Origin: Blastocatellia bacterium
Lineage (GTDB): Bacteria > Acidobacteriota > Blastocatellia > UBA7656
Assembly (NCBI GenBank): GCA_963765495.1
Contig: CAVXWP010000013.1
Location: forward strand, 1 to 64,000
Reading direction: 5' to 3'
Length of the DNA: 64,000 nucleotides
Program-made: the position numbers and the translations under genes
The notes under the pieces: generated by a model
The model's database searches: none
What the model was told of the DNA's origin: nothing
The model's input: the letters and a program-made list of their open reading frames with translations, nothing else
Part shown: piece after piece, positions 28,015 to 39,475 of the stretch
How the letters are laid out: every line of letters begins with the position of its first letter
How positions within the stretch are numbered: position 1 is the stretch's first letter

Positions 28015-28187
28015 GAGACGCGGAGACGCGGAGACGCGGAGACGCGGAGACCGGATGAAAGCCTTTGCCGCATTGATGTTATGGATTGCGGTCGCACAGT
28101 TCGCCTGGCTTCCGTCTGTAAGTGCTCAACAACCGACGCGAGCAACAGCACTCGCCGCGTCTCTGCGTCCCCGCGCCGCCGCGTCTC
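28015..28187. repeat. Inverted tandem octamer element (GAGACGCG)n ... (CGCGTCTC)n straddling a start codon
   Basis: 4.6 perfect units at 28015-28051; four degenerate complementary units at 28156-28187 inside the CDS. Confidence 0.82.
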
Positions 28188-29122
28188 AGATACAGGCCGT
28201 GGCCGCCGTAGGCATGACGGTTTCCGATGTTGACCGGGCGGCGGAGTTTTATTCGAAGGTGCTTTCGTTTGAGAAGGTCTCGGATGTTGAGGTCGCGGGC
28301 GATCAGTACGAACAACTCGAAGGCGTATTCGGTCTGAGGATGAGAGTCGTACGCATGAAACTGGGCGACGAGTTCTTAGAGCTTACCGAATATCTCGCGC
28401 CGAGGGGCAGACCCGTTCCGGTCGATTCGCGCAGCAATGACCGCTGGTTTCAACACGTCGCCATCATCGTGAGCGATATGGATCGCGCCTATCAGTGGCT
28501 CAGGCAAAACAGGGTCGAGCACGCCTCTTCCGGGCCTCAGCGTCTGCCCGACTGGAACAAGAACGCGGGCGGCATAAAGGCTTTTTACTTCAAAGACCCG
28601 GACGGCCATTCGCTTGAAATCCTGAATTTCCCTCCCGGCAAGGGCGACCCGAAATGGCAGCGCAACACGGATCGTATCTTTCTAGGCATAGATCACACGG
28701 CTATAGTTGTATGGGATACAGACGCGAGTCTCGCTTTCTATCGCGACACTCTGGGAATGAGAGTCGCGGGTGAGAGCGAAAACTACGGCACCGAGCAGGA
28801 GCATTTGAACAACGTATTCGGCGCGCGGCTGAGAATCACCGCTCTGCGTGCCACGGCTGGTCCGGGCATCGAGTTGCTCGAATACCTCGCGCCTCGAACA
28901 GGCCGGCCCATTCCGCTTGACCTCAGCGCCAATGATCTGGCGCACTGGCAGACGAAGCTCGCCGCAGGTGACGCAAACGCGATTTATCAGAGCCTGCGCG
29001 AAAGGCGCGCTCAATTCGTCTCATCAGGCGTGATAAGCGTGGGCGCGTCTGATCTTGACATCACTCGCAGCTTTCTGGTGCGCGACCCCGACGGGCACGT
29101 AATGCAGATTGTAGAAAAGTAG
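28055..29122 (+). CDS. Secreted two-domain VOC/glyoxalase family protein
   Basis: Signal peptide; [27 protein letters not shown] and RDPDGH motifs. Start moved to ATG 28055. Confidence 0.88.
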   Translation: MKAFAALMLWIAVAQFAWLPSVSAQQPTRATALAASLRPRAAASQIQAVAAVGMTVSDVDRAAEFYSKVLSFEKVSDVEVAGDQYEQLEGVFGLRMRVVRMKLGDEFLELTEYLAPRGRPVPVDSRSNDRWFQHVAIIVSDMDRAYQWLRQNRVEHASSGPQRLPDWNKNAGGIKAFYFKDPDGHSLEILNFPPGKGDPKWQRNTDRIFLGIDHTAIVVWDTDASLAFYRDTLGMRVAGESENYGTEQEHLNNVFGARLRITALRATAGPGIELLEYLAPRTGRPIPLDLSANDLAHWQTKLAAGDANAIYQSLRERRAQFVSSGVISVGASDLDITRSFLVRDPDGHVMQIVEK

Positions 29123-29142
29123 ATAGACGAGGACACCAAATC

Positions 29143-31797
29143 ATGACTAAAGAAGAGATAAGACTCCAAAAAGCGCGCGAGCGCAAAGTTTACTGGAAGC
29201 GGTGGGGACCTTACCTGAGCGAGCGCGCGTGGGGAACGGTGCGCGAAGACTACAGTGCCTACGGCACGGCGTGGGATTACCTGCCGCACGACCAGGCGCG
29301 CTCGAAAGCCTATCGCTGGGGCGAAGACGGTATCGGAGGAATATCCGACCGGCGACAGTTTATCTGCTTCGCCGTTGCGATGTGGAACCGCAAAGACCCG
29401 ATTCTCAAGGAACGGATATTCGGGCTTACAGGCAGTCAGGGCAACCACGGCGAAGATGTGAAAGAGTATTATTTCTACCTCGATTCGACGCCGACACATT
29501 CTTATATGAAGTTTCTCTACAAATACCCGCAGGCTGAATTCCCCTACGCCCGGCTTGTAGAAGAGAATCAGCGGCGCGGCAAAACCGAACTCGAATACGA
29601 GCTTATGGACACGGGCGTTTTCGATGAGGACCGCTACTTCGATCTGTTTGTAGAGTATGCCAAGGCATCGCCCGAAGATATACTGATCCGCATCACCGTG
29701 AGCAATCGCGGGCCGGAAGAGGCAAGTCTCGATTTGCTGCCTACCGTGTGGTTTCGAAATACGTGGTCGTGGGGGCTCGATATGGAGCGACCGCAACTCT
29801 TCAGAAGCGGCGATGTCAAAAATGCGAGCGTAGTTCAACTCGACCACGAGCACTATGGCCACCGCTGGCTGTTCTGCCACGACACGCCGGAATTGCTCTT
29901 TACCGAAAACGAAACCAATACGGAGCGGCTCTACGGCACGCCAAACGGCAATCATCACGCAAAGGACGGGATCAACGATTACATCGTGCACGGCGCAAGG
30001 CATGCAGTGAATCCCGCGCTCACGGGTACGAAGGCGGCGGCTCATTATCCGCTCACGCTTGGGCCGGGCGAAACCAGAACCGTCAAGCTGCGGCTGACCA
30101 ATCTGGAAATTCCTCCCACAAACGGGGACCCGTGCGGCGCAAGCTTCGATCAGGTATTTGAAGAGCGAATAGAGGAGGCCGACGAGTTTTATGCCTCGAT
30201 CACACCGAAGGATCTGTCATCGGACGCCGTAAACGTCTTTCGTCAATCGATGGCCGGTCTGCTCTGGAGCAAGCAGTTTTACTATTACGATATGAGACAC
30301 TGGCTGAAGGGCGACCCGGCAGGCCCCCCGCCTCCAGCCGAGCGGCTTAACGGGCGCAATCACGAATGGACTCACCTGTATAACGACGACATCATCTCGA
30401 TGCCCGACAAGTGGGAATATCCGTGGTACGCCGCGTGGGACCTCGCGTTTCACACCGTGCCGCTTGCTTTAGCCGATCCCGATTTCGCAAAAGAGCAACT
30501 CATCCTCCTGCTGCGCGAGTGGTACATGCATCCTAACGGTCAACTGCCCGCTTACGAGTGGGCCTTTGGAGATGTAAATCCCCCGGTACACGCGTGGGCC
30601 GCGTGGCGCGTCTACAAGATCGACAAGAAACGCAACGATGACCGGGGCGATATAAAATTCCTTGAGCGAGTATTTCACAAGCTTCTGCTCAACTTTACCT
30701 GGTGGGTCAACCGCAAAGACACCGAAGGGCGAAACGTATTTCAGGGCGGGTTTCTGGGGCTGGACAACATAGGCGTTTTCGACCGTAGCGCGCCTCTGCC
30801 CACGGGCGGCTATCTTGAACAGGCCGACGGCACAAGCTGGATGGGCATGTACTGCTTGAACCTGCTCGCCATCGCTATGGAGCTTGCGAGCGAAGACCCG
30901 GCTTATGAAGACGTGGCGAGCAAATTCTGGGAGCATTTCCTCTACATAGCAAACGCCATCAACCATCTGGGCAAGAAAGGCGAGACGTTATGGGACGAGG
31001 ATGACGGCTTTTATTACGATGTGCTCTGCCTGCCTGACGGCAGGAGCTTCCCTATGAAGATTCGCTCTATGGTAGGGCTGATACCTCTTTTTGCGGTCGA
31101 GACGATTGAGCCCGATCTGCTCGACCGGCTGACCGGATTCAAACGGCGTATGGAATGGTTTATCGAAAACCGCGAGGACCTGATCGGCAACGTAGCCTGC
31201 ATGAGAACGGCTGGAGAAGAAGAGCGGCGCTTGCTTTCAATCGTGGACCCCGATCAATTGCGCCGCGTGCTTCGGGTGATGCTCGATGAAAGCGAGTTTT
31301 TATCGCCATACGGGATAAGGGCGCTATCGAGATACCATCTGGATAACCCTTACAGATTGCCGGTCAACGGGACCGAGCACAGCGTGAAATACGAGCCTGC
31401 CGAATCGAGCACGGGGCTGTTTGGGGGCAACTCAAACTGGCGCGGGCCGATATGGTTTCCGGTCAACTATCTGATCATAGAATCGCTCCAGAAATTCCAT
31501 TATTACCTGGGCGACGATTACAAGGTAGAGTACCCGACGGGCTCAGGCCAGATGCTGACTCTGTGGGAGGTATCGGCGGAACTCTCGCGCAGGCTCACAC
31601 GCATCTTTCTGCGTGACGAAAATGACCGCAGGCCGGTCTTTGGCGGCATAGAAAAATTTCAGACAGATCCGCACTGGCGCGATCTGGTTCTGTTCCACGA
31701 ATATTTTCACGGCGACAACGGCGCGGGTATCGGCGCAAACCATCAAACCGGCTGGACCGGCCTGGTCGCCAAACTCATTCAGCAAAGCGGAGAGTAG
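29143..31797 (+). CDS. MGH1-like glycoside hydrolase (GH63-related glucosidase)
   Basis: [43 protein letters not shown] and [20 protein letters not shown] motifs. Confidence 0.9.
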   Translation: MTKEEIRLQKARERKVYWKRWGPYLSERAWGTVREDYSAYGTAWDYLPHDQARSKAYRWGEDGIGGISDRRQFICFAVAMWNRKDPILKERIFGLTGSQGNHGEDVKEYYFYLDSTPTHSYMKFLYKYPQAEFPYARLVEENQRRGKTELEYELMDTGVFDEDRYFDLFVEYAKASPEDILIRITVSNRGPEEASLDLLPTVWFRNTWSWGLDMERPQLFRSGDVKNASVVQLDHEHYGHRWLFCHDTPELLFTENETNTERLYGTPNGNHHAKDGINDYIVHGARHAVNPALTGTKAAAHYPLTLGPGETRTVKLRLTNLEIPPTNGDPCGASFDQVFEERIEEADEFYASITPKDLSSDAVNVFRQSMAGLLWSKQFYYYDMRHWLKGDPAGPPPPAERLNGRNHEWTHLYNDDIISMPDKWEYPWYAAWDLAFHTVPLALADPDFAKEQLILLLREWYMHPNGQLPAYEWAFGDVNPPVHAWAAWRVYKIDKKRNDDRGDIKFLERVFHKLLLNFTWWVNRKDTEGRNVFQGGFLGLDNIGVFDRSAPLPTGGYLEQADGTSWMGMYCLNLLAIAMELASEDPAYEDVASKFWEHFLYIANAINHLGKKGETLWDEDDGFYYDVLCLPDGRSFPMKIRSMVGLIPLFAVETIEPDLLDRLTGFKRRMEWFIENREDLIGNVACMRTAGEEERRLLSIVDPDQLRRVLRVMLDESEFLSPYGIRALSRYHLDNPYRLPVNGTEHSVKYEPAESSTGLFGGNSNWRGPIWFPVNYLIIESLQKFHYYLGDDYKVEYPTGSGQMLTLWEVSAELSRRLTRIFLRDENDRRPVFGGIEKFQTDPHWRDLVLFHEYFHGDNGAGIGANHQTGWTGLVAKLIQQSGE

Positions 31798-31800
31798 GCA

Positions 31801-31859
31801 GGGGCCGGTGATCGGTGACCGGTTGACAACTCGATACGACGGATCACCGGCTCCGGCCC
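31801..31859. repeat. Degenerate inverted heptamer element (GGGGCCG/GTGATCG type)
   Basis: GGGGCCG GTGATCG GTGACCG ... GATCACCGGCTCCGGCCC, starting 4 bp after a stop codon. Confidence 0.6.
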
Positions 31860-31885
31860 GCAGATAAAGAAGGAGAATAGAGATC

Positions 31886-32992
31886 ATGAAAGCAATAGCA
31901 GTATTTCCCGGAAAACCAAACAGCGTGCACCTGGCCGATTTGCCTAAACCTTCGGTAAGCGACATCCCTGATGGACGGGGGGTGCTGGTCAGAGTTCTGC
32001 GCGTAGGCGTGGATGGAACCGATAAAGAGATCAATGCCGCCGAATACGGCGCGGCCCCAAAAGGGTATGACTTTCTGACCATCGGACACGAAGGGTTCGG
32101 ACAGGTCGAAGCCGTAGGGCCGAATGTAACCGAACTCAGGCCCGGCGATTTCGTAGTGGCCACCGTGCGAAGGCCGGGTTCGAGTATTTACGACCTCATA
32201 GGCACAAGCGACATGACGACCGATGATACTTACTTCGAGCGCGGCATCAACCTGCGTCACGGCTATCTTACGGAATTTTATGTTGACGATGCCGAGTTCA
32301 TTGTGAAGATACCAGTAGGGCTAAAACGAGTGGGCGTGCTGCTTGAGCCATTGACGGTGGTTGAGAAAGGCATCGCGCAGGCATACGAAATACAGCGCCG
32401 CTTGCGCGTGTGGCATCCGCGCCGCGCGGCGGTCATGGGAGCCGGAACCATCGGTCTGCTTGCTACGCTGGTCCTCAGACTCAAAGGCATCGAAGTGACT
32501 ACATTTGCGCTCAACCGCAAGCCTTCGCTCAACACGGATTTGATAGAAGCCATCGGCGCGCGTTATGAATCGACTCAGGATATGCCGGTGCTTGAAGGCG
32601 CGAGCAAGTACGGACCGTTTGACATCATATTTGAAGCCACGGGGTTCTCGCCCATAGCCTTTGAGAGCATGCAGGCGCTTGGCAAAAACGGCGTGCTGGT
32701 GCTTTCGAGCGTCACGGGCGGAGACCGCAAGATAGAGGTTCCCGCCGACCGTATCAACCTTGAATTCGTTCTCGGAAACAAGGTAATGGTGGGCACGGTC
32801 AACGCAAACCGCGAGTACTTCGAGATGGGCGTAGGCGACATGGCGCAATCGGAAGCCGAATACCCCGGCTGGCTCGGACAGTTGCTTACACACCCGGTCA
32901 AAGGGCTTGAGAATTACAAAGAACTGATGGAGAAACTGACGACGGCCAAAGGCGCTATCAAGGTGTTTTGCGAAGTGACTGATCTGCCTTAG
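31886..32992 (+). CDS. Zn-dependent (MDR) glucose 1-dehydrogenase, haloarchaeal type
   Basis: GVDGTD (Asp in place of the usual Cys), GHE, TVRRP, ERGI...HG, GAGTIG and GTVNA motifs. Confidence 0.82.
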   Translation: MKAIAVFPGKPNSVHLADLPKPSVSDIPDGRGVLVRVLRVGVDGTDKEINAAEYGAAPKGYDFLTIGHEGFGQVEAVGPNVTELRPGDFVVATVRRPGSSIYDLIGTSDMTTDDTYFERGINLRHGYLTEFYVDDAEFIVKIPVGLKRVGVLLEPLTVVEKGIAQAYEIQRRLRVWHPRRAAVMGAGTIGLLATLVLRLKGIEVTTFALNRKPSLNTDLIEAIGARYESTQDMPVLEGASKYGPFDIIFEATGFSPIAFESMQALGKNGVLVLSSVTGGDRKIEVPADRINLEFVLGNKVMVGTVNANREYFEMGVGDMAQSEAEYPGWLGQLLTHPVKGLENYKELMEKLTTAKGAIKVFCEVTDLP

Positions 32993-33013
32993 CTGATCTG
33001 CCTTAGCAGATCA

Positions 33014-33153
33014 GGGGCCGGGGGCCGGGGGTCGGGGGCCAGTGATTAGTTGTTTGTGAAGTGATTAGTTGTCAATGAGCAGCGGGCAGTTTTACGCGCC
33101 CCTCCAGGGCACGCTCCCCCACCCCGGCCCCTGACCCCCGACCCCCGGCCCCC
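33014..33153. repeat. Inverted tandem heptamer element (GGGGCCG)n ... (CGGCCCC)n
   Basis: Four units at 33014-33041, complementary units to 33153; the spacer holds AGTGATTAGTTGT twice. Confidence 0.85.
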
Positions 33154-33377
33154 TATGTTTGCGCTCATCGGCGGTTTATTTTTAGTTCCTATCCCCCAAA
33201 GCGGTTAGTCGTTCCCACCCGCTCAAATCAATCTCTCGCAGCTATTGCAACAAAGCGCATGCAAGCGCGTTCCTTACTTCGTGCAATGATTTTGTCAAAG
33301 ATTATCGAATAGCCAGCGTGCTGTTCCACCTGTGCCAATACTGATAAACTTAACCGATTCTAAGGCTGGAGAAAACT

Positions 33378-36300
33378 ATGAAGACTTTTGTGATTTTTGC
33401 CCTGCTGTGTGTCTTGTGCCTTGCCTCTACTCATGCTCAACAATCGGAATATGAAAAGCTGAAAGCCGAAGCCGAACGCTTTTACGCCGAAGCATCTTAC
33501 AACAAGGCTCACGAGCTTTATTTGAAGGCAAACCAGACAAGCCCCCCTCCGACCGAAGCGCGTTGGGTGGCTTTCCGGCTTGCCGATACGCAATGGCGCG
33601 CACAGGCCGGGACTCAAACTTCAGACTCTACGAAGTATGATGAAGCCCAGCATCAACTGGAAGCGCTTGTTCGCGACACCGTCCGCACGGAAGACCGCGA
33701 CCGCGTATGGGCCGAAGCGCAGGAATCGCTCGGCGATTTCTGGTGGCTGCGCAGAGAGACAAAGAGCTGGGGTCAGGCGTGGCAGTATTATCAGCAGGCG
33801 CTTGACTGGTGGGCCGGTTCTGCCGATATAGAACTGGCGCGCAATCGTTATCTGAAAATCGTCTGGAATATCGCCAGACCCAATTGGAGCGAGCCTTATT
33901 ATTACTATGGTTATTATGGAAACTATGTGCCTCTTGAAATCCTTGAGAACGCGCTCAAGATAGCTCAAAGCGATAACGACCGCGCGCACGCGCATTACCT
34001 GATAGCGATGACGATTCGCGGGCAGGGCGGCGGTTGGGAGCAGCGACAGCGCGTGCCCGAAGAGTTCGAAGCTGCGCTCCGTCCCGGAAAGTCTTCCCAG
34101 TGGTATGATGATGCGCTTTATTATTATGCCGAATGGCTCGCAAACACAGGCTATATAACTCAACTCGATAACGGACAGTGGCAGCAACAACCCGATTATG
34201 TGAAGGCTCTCGAACTTTTCCAGGAATTCGTCAGGCAGTACCAGAAGGGCGAGTCTCGGTACTATGATCAGGCAAAGCAACAGATCGAAAGCATCACCCG
34301 CCCGACTATCGCCGTGAGCGTTTCAAATGTCTTTCTGCCCGATTCCGAGATGCAGGTCTACTTAAGCTGGCGCAATGTGAAAAAGATCGACCTTGCGATT
34401 TATAGAGTCGATCTCACGCGAGATGTCCGACTCCCGCAAAAGAGCAGCAGCGGCGAGTTTATTCAAACCATAAGCCTTACCGGGCGAGAGGCGGTCAAGT
34501 CGTGGTCAAAGGAGACTCAGGATAAAGGCGATCATAAACCGGATCAGGAAACGATACGGCTCGACGCGAAACTTCCCACGGGCGCTTATGTCATCGAGGC
34601 GGTGAGCGGGGCGGCGCGCGCGCGCGATCTGTTGCTTGTAACCGATACGGCGCTGGTATTGAAGTCGTCGCACAAGCAGGCGCTCGTCTATTTCTGCGAC
34701 GCGGGGAACGGCGCTCCTGTTGCCGGTGCGCGCGTGACTATGTGGGAACACACCTATAATATCGATAACTGGTCGTGGCGCGAACTCAGCGGAACGACCA
34801 ACCAGGATGGGATAGCCGCTTTCGATCTGTTCGCGTCTGCTTCAAACTCGGAGCTTTTCGCAAGCGCCGCCCTCGGCGACCGGCAAGCCTTCAGCCTCGG
34901 CAATAATTACTCCTATTCTCGCAACGATCAGCCGTGGCGAATATACGCCTTCACGGACCGCCCCGCCTATCGCCCCGATGAAACCGCCCAGTGGAAATTC
35001 GTAGCGAGAAAGTATAACTCAGGCACATACCTGACGCCCGCAAATCAAACAATCGAATTCGAGATCACAGACCCGCAGGGCGCAAAGGTCAAGGAAGGCA
35101 AGGCAAAATTGAATGCCTTCGGGAGTTTCTGGGATTCGCTCGAACTGACATCGAATATGCCTCTGGGCGAGTATCAGGTCAGCTTCTGGGATGAGGGACG
35201 GCACAACGGCATAGGGAGCGCCGCTTTGTTCAGACTCGAAGAATACAAGCTGCCCGAATTCAAGGTCAGCGTTCAGACGCCGGAAGAAGACGGGCGAAAG
35301 AAGAGCTTCAAGCTTGGCGAAAAAGTCGAGGCGACTGTGCAAGCCGATTACTATTTTGGCGGCCCGGTGGCAAACGCAAGCGTCGAGTTGCTTGTCTATC
35401 AAAACCCCTATTATCAATGGTGGCAGGAGCCGCGCGATTATCCGTGGTATTACGAAGATCTGTCGCCCACGAATTACGTTTACGGCAGAGGGCAGGGACA
35501 GATTATAAAACGCGAAACGCTAAAGACCGATGCCCAGGGTAAAGCGGCAATTACTTTCGACACGCCGAGAGGCGCAAGTCAGGATTTCGAGTACAGAATC
35601 GAAGCGCGCGTTACCGATTCTTCGCGCCGCGAGATCGCAGGCTCGGGAACCGTTCGTGTGACTCGCCAGCGTTACTACGTTTACCTCCAAGCCGGGCACA
35701 ACATATATCGCCCGCAGGATAAAGTCAGCGTGAATATAAATGCGGTTGACGCCAATCGCCAGCCGGTCGAGGTCAATGGCCGAATAAAGTTGACCAGAGA
35801 TTACTGGTATGAAATCTGGCTCGACCCGAACGGGCGCGAGGTGAAGGGCGAAGAGTTGAAACGGCTTCGTGAAAAGAGCCGGGTATTTCCTCCGGCTGTT
35901 CGCCCGCAGGAAAAACCGTGGCAACTCAAATTCCGGGGCTACGAGCACGACGACATAAAGACCGAAACCGCAAAGACAGACCGCGACGGCAAGACTGAAT
36001 TTAATTTCACACCCGAGCGCGAAGGCTATTACCGCATCACTTGGGCGAGCACAGACAAAGACGGAGCGCCGATAAACGCGGAAACGACCGTGTGGGTTGC
36101 GACGGGCGCGACTACGGATCTGGGGTACCGTTACGGCGGGCTTCAGATAATAGTTGATAAAGACACGTTCCGAGCCGGGCAGACGGCTCCGGTGATGCTT
36201 GTCGCTCCGACAAATGATCGTTACGTGCTCTTCAGCGTCGAAGGCGAAGAGATCTACAATTACCAGCTTGTCCACCTCACGGGCAATGTAAAGCTCATCG

Positions 36301-39300
36301 AGTTGCCCATCGAAGACAAACATGTTCCCAACATCTTTTTGAGCGCCGCGATGGTAAGCGACCGGCAGATTACAGCCGACCTCAAACCGATAATAGTTCC
36401 GCCTGTAGAGCATTTCCTCGATCTTGAAGTGAAGGCCGACCGCGACGAGTATCAGCCTCGCGAGGAAGGGACGCTCACGGTTACGGCCCGCGATCAAAAC
36501 GGCAAGCCGGTCGCGGCCGAAGTGGCTCTGGGGCTTGTGGACGAGTCGATCTTTTACATCCAGCAGGATTACGCCGGGGACCCGAGACAATTTTATTACG
36601 GCGCGAAACGCCCGCAGACGGTTCAAACTCAGAGCACGTTTCAGCAAAAGAGTTACGCAAAGCTGGTCGAAGGGACGGACAAACGATTGATTGACTCGCG
36701 TCAGCAGATAGGCCAGCAAGGCTATAGTCGAGATGAAGTGGATCAGACTTTAGATATTAAAGAAAGAGGGAGGAATCTAGTAGAGAGCGAGCTTAAAAGC
36801 GTCGGCGGGATGGGAAAAGATGATAATCTGGCGAAGCGAGCAGATGGTCCGATTGATAATCTGGCCATCAATGGCCGGAAAGCCTTACAAAATCTCGAAA
36901 TAGCTCCGGCCCCTGCCTCTGAAGCCGTAGCGGTAACAGGAGGCGCGGAACCGGCTGTTGTGGTACGCAGCGATTTTCGCTCGACGATCCTCTGGCAGCC
37001 CGATGTCGTCACCGACCGCGACGGACGCGCCACGGTAAAGGTGAAGTTCCCCGACTCGCTTACGGGCTGGACGGCGACCGCGCGGGCCGCTACTTCGGGC
37101 AATCAATTCGGCATAGCAAATGCCGCCACACGAACCAAGCAACCTCTGATAGTTCGCCTCCAAGCGCCAAGATTTTTTGTTACAGGCGATGTGGCTACCG
37201 TCTCGGCCGTCATAAACAACAACACCGACAAGCCCATGAAACTCACAGCGAAATTGCTGGCAGAAGGCGTGCGAATCGAAGGGCTGGTTCACAACAATCC
37301 AAACGGGCCGGTCGTAAACGGACATCGCATTATACCTTACGAGATCAGCGGGCCAGAGGTCGGAACCGGAGCGACTGTGGCGGCAAACAGTGAGACGAGA
37401 GTTGACTGGCTCGTCTCCGTGCAGCAACCCGGCGCGGTCAAATTGAAGGTCACGGCGATAGAGGAAAGTCACTCAGACGCGATGGAAAAGAGCTTTGTCG
37501 CATATGAACACGGCATAGAAAAATTCCTCTCGAAATCGGGCAAGCTGCGCGGCGATCAGGTCACGATCCGCCTGGACATTCCAAAGGAGCGCAGGGCCGA
37601 CTCTACTTCGCTGAACGTGCAGGTAACACCAAGCATGGCAGTCACCATGCTCGACGCTCTTCCTTATCTGATCAACTATCCTTACGGCTGCACCGAGCAG
37701 ACTATGAGCCGTTTCCTTCCCACCGCGATCACGGCGAAGACGCTCAAGGATCTGGGGCTTAAACCCGAAGCGATTATGGGGAAAGTATTCGGCGGCGTGG
37801 TTCAGGAGACCGCCGACCAGACTCATCCTGGCGGCAAGAGAGATTTTCGCCAGATTGATGATATGACCGCGAAAAGCCTTGCGCGTCTCTACGATTTTCA
37901 ACACGATGACGGAGGCTGGGGCTGGTGGAAAGAAGGCGAGAGCGATCACTTCATGACCGCGTATGTAGTCTGGGGGCTGTCGCTTGCCCAACAGGCGGGC
38001 ATCGAAGTAAAACAGGATGCGCTTGATCGAGGCGTCGAATATCTTTCCGAAGAGATAGTCGAAGAAGAAGCGAATTATGACGAACAGGCGTGGATGCTGC
38101 ACGCGCTTGCGGTTTATCACTCTCTGTCAAAACAGACCGAGGTACAAGAGTATCAGGCCACCGCTTTTGAAAATCTCTGGACGAACCGCGACAGGCTCAA
38201 TGCCTATACGCGGGCGCTCGTTGCCTTGAGCGCGCACTACTTCGGCTACACAGACAAAGCGAAAACGCTCATAGAAAATCTGGAAAACGGTGTAAAGATA
38301 GATTCCACGCCCGACACTTCGATCATCGAGCGCGGCGCTCGACGGTCGCACGAGGGCGTTATCGCAACGGCGCACTGGGGCGAGGACGGCATTTACTGGC
38401 GATGGTCGGACGGGGGCGTCGAGGCCACCTCATTCGCATTGCGCGCAATGCTTGCCGTTGATCCGACAAACAAATTGATCGAGCCGGTGACAAACTGGCT
38501 GATAAAAAATCGCCGGGGGGCGCAATGGAGCAACACCCGCGATACGGCCATCACCGTTTTGACCCTGAACGAATACCTGCGCAGTAGCGGCGAACTGAAG
38601 CCCGAGATCGAATACGAATTGACGGTTAACGATCACGCGATAATCACAAAGAAGATAACCGCCGAAGATGCCCTGACGGCCCCGAGCCTCTTCACTATTG
38701 ATCCCGGCCTTCTGCGTGATGGTGCGAATGTGATTCGCATCAACCGCAAGAGCGGCGCGAGCCCGATCTATTTCTCAGCCGACGCAAAATTCTTCAGCCT
38801 CGAAGAGCCTCTGACCGAAGCAGGCAACGAGATATTCGTTCGCCGCGAGTATTACAAACTCGTTGCCCGCCCGACTCTGCTCAAAGGCTATGTTTACGAC
38901 CGCGTGCCGCTCACAGACAACGAGAGCGTGACAAGCGGAGACCGCGTCGAAGTCGTCATGACGATAGAGGCAAAAAACAACTACGAGTACCTGTTGTTTG
39001 AAGACCTGAAGCCAGCCGGTCTTGAAGCCGTACAGATTCGAAGCGGCGAACCGTTGTTTGCCAGAGAGTTGAAGTCAGGGGCAAGCACTCGCAAATTCGG
39101 GTCAGGCGCGGAAAGCCCTCCGAGCGGAGACGTCGAAGAGACAGACTACACAGGCAACACCGAATGGGTTTATCAGGAACTGCGCGACCGTAAAACGGCT
39201 TTCTTCATAAGCAAATTGCCGGAAGGAGTATGGGAAATTCGCTACGATTTGCGGGCGGAAACGCCGGGCAGTTTTCACGCCTTGCCGGTCATCGGCCACG

Positions 39301-39368
39301 CGATGTATGTGCCCGAAATCAGGTGTAATGCCACCGAGGTGCGAATCAAAGTGGAGGATAGAGAATAA
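33378..39368 (+). CDS. Bacterial alpha-2-macroglobulin with thioester motif
   Basis: Signal peptide; FTDRPAYRP, EEYKLPEF, VRSDF, PDSLT.W, YPYGCTEQ (CxEQ), DGGWGWW and AMYVPE motifs. Confidence 0.93.
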   Translation: MKTFVIFALLCVLCLASTHAQQSEYEKLKAEAERFYAEASYNKAHELYLKANQTSPPPTEARWVAFRLADTQWRAQAGTQTSDSTKYDEAQHQLEALVRDTVRTEDRDRVWAEAQESLGDFWWLRRETKSWGQAWQYYQQALDWWAGSADIELARNRYLKIVWNIARPNWSEPYYYYGYYGNYVPLEILENALKIAQSDNDRAHAHYLIAMTIRGQGGGWEQRQRVPEEFEAALRPGKSSQWYDDALYYYAEWLANTGYITQLDNGQWQQQPDYVKALELFQEFVRQYQKGESRYYDQAKQQIESITRPTIAVSVSNVFLPDSEMQVYLSWRNVKKIDLAIYRVDLTRDVRLPQKSSSGEFIQTISLTGREAVKSWSKETQDKGDHKPDQETIRLDAKLPTGAYVIEAVSGAARARDLLLVTDTALVLKSSHKQALVYFCDAGNGAPVAGARVTMWEHTYNIDNWSWRELSGTTNQDGIAAFDLFASASNSELFASAALGDRQAFSLGNNYSYSRNDQPWRIYAFTDRPAYRPDETAQWKFVARKYNSGTYLTPANQTIEFEITDPQGAKVKEGKAKLNAFGSFWDSLELTSNMPLGEYQVSFWDEGRHNGIGSAALFRLEEYKLPEFKVSVQTPEEDGRKKSFKLGEKVEATVQADYYFGGPVANASVELLVYQNPYYQWWQEPRDYPWYYEDLSPTNYVYGRGQGQIIKRETLKTDAQGKAAITFDTPRGASQDFEYRIEARVTDSSRREIAGSGTVRVTRQRYYVYLQAGHNIYRPQDKVSVNINAVDANRQPVEVNGRIKLTRDYWYEIWLDPNGREVKGEELKRLREKSRVFPPAVRPQEKPWQLKFRGYEHDDIKTETAKTDRDGKTEFNFTPEREGYYRITWASTDKDGAPINAETTVWVATGATTDLGYRYGGLQIIVDKDTFRAGQTAPVMLVAPTNDRYVLFSVEGEEIYNYQLVHLTGNVKLIELPIEDKHVPNIFLSAAMVSDRQITADLKPIIVPPVEHFLDLEVKADRDEYQPREEGTLTVTARDQNGKPVAAEVALGLVDESIFYIQQDYAGDPRQFYYGAKRPQTVQTQSTFQQKSYAKLVEGTDKRLIDSRQQIGQQGYSRDEVDQTLDIKERGRNLVESELKSVGGMGKDDNLAKRADGPIDNLAINGRKALQNLEIAPAPASEAVAVTGGAEPAVVVRSDFRSTILWQPDVVTDRDGRATVKVKFPDSLTGWTATARAATSGNQFGIANAATRTKQPLIVRLQAPRFFVTGDVATVSAVINNNTDKPMKLTAKLLAEGVRIEGLVHNNPNGPVVNGHRIIPYEISGPEVGTGATVAANSETRVDWLVSVQQPGAVKLKVTAIEESHSDAMEKSFVAYEHGIEKFLSKSGKLRGDQVTIRLDIPKERRADSTSLNVQVTPSMAVTMLDALPYLINYPYGCTEQTMSRFLPTAITAKTLKDLGLKPEAIMGKVFGGVVQETADQTHPGGKRDFRQIDDMTAKSLARLYDFQHDDGGWGWWKEGESDHFMTAYVVWGLSLAQQAGIEVKQDALDRGVEYLSEEIVEEEANYDEQAWMLHALAVYHSLSKQTEVQEYQATAFENLWTNRDRLNAYTRALVALSAHYFGYTDKAKTLIENLENGVKIDSTPDTSIIERGARRSHEGVIATAHWGEDGIYWRWSDGGVEATSFALRAMLAVDPTNKLIEPVTNWLIKNRRGAQWSNTRDTAITVLTLNEYLRSSGELKPEIEYELTVNDHAIITKKITAEDALTAPSLFTIDPGLLRDGANVIRINRKSGASPIYFSADAKFFSLEEPLTEAGNEIFVRREYYKLVARPTLLKGYVYDRVPLTDNESVTSGDRVEVVMTIEAKNNYEYLLFEDLKPAGLEAVQIRSGEPLFARELKSGASTRKFGSGAESPPSGDVEETDYTGNTEWVYQELRDRKTAFFISKLPEGVWEIRYDLRAETPGSFHALPVIGHAMYVPEIRCNATEVRIKVEDRE

Positions 39369-39385
39369 CCTTATAAGATTTCGAT

Positions 39386-39457
39386 ATAGCCACAGAGGCA
39401 CCGCAGACACAGAGATTTTATAATTTTTCTCTGTGTCTGCGGTGCCTCTGTGGCTAT
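39386..39457. repeat. Perfect 30-bp REP-like palindrome (CACAGAGA family) between convergent genes
   Basis: ATAGCCACAGAGGCACCGCAGACACAGAGA, a 12-nt AT-rich loop, then the exact reverse complement. Confidence 0.92.
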
Positions 39458-39475
39458 TCCTCAACCCTGTCAGAA

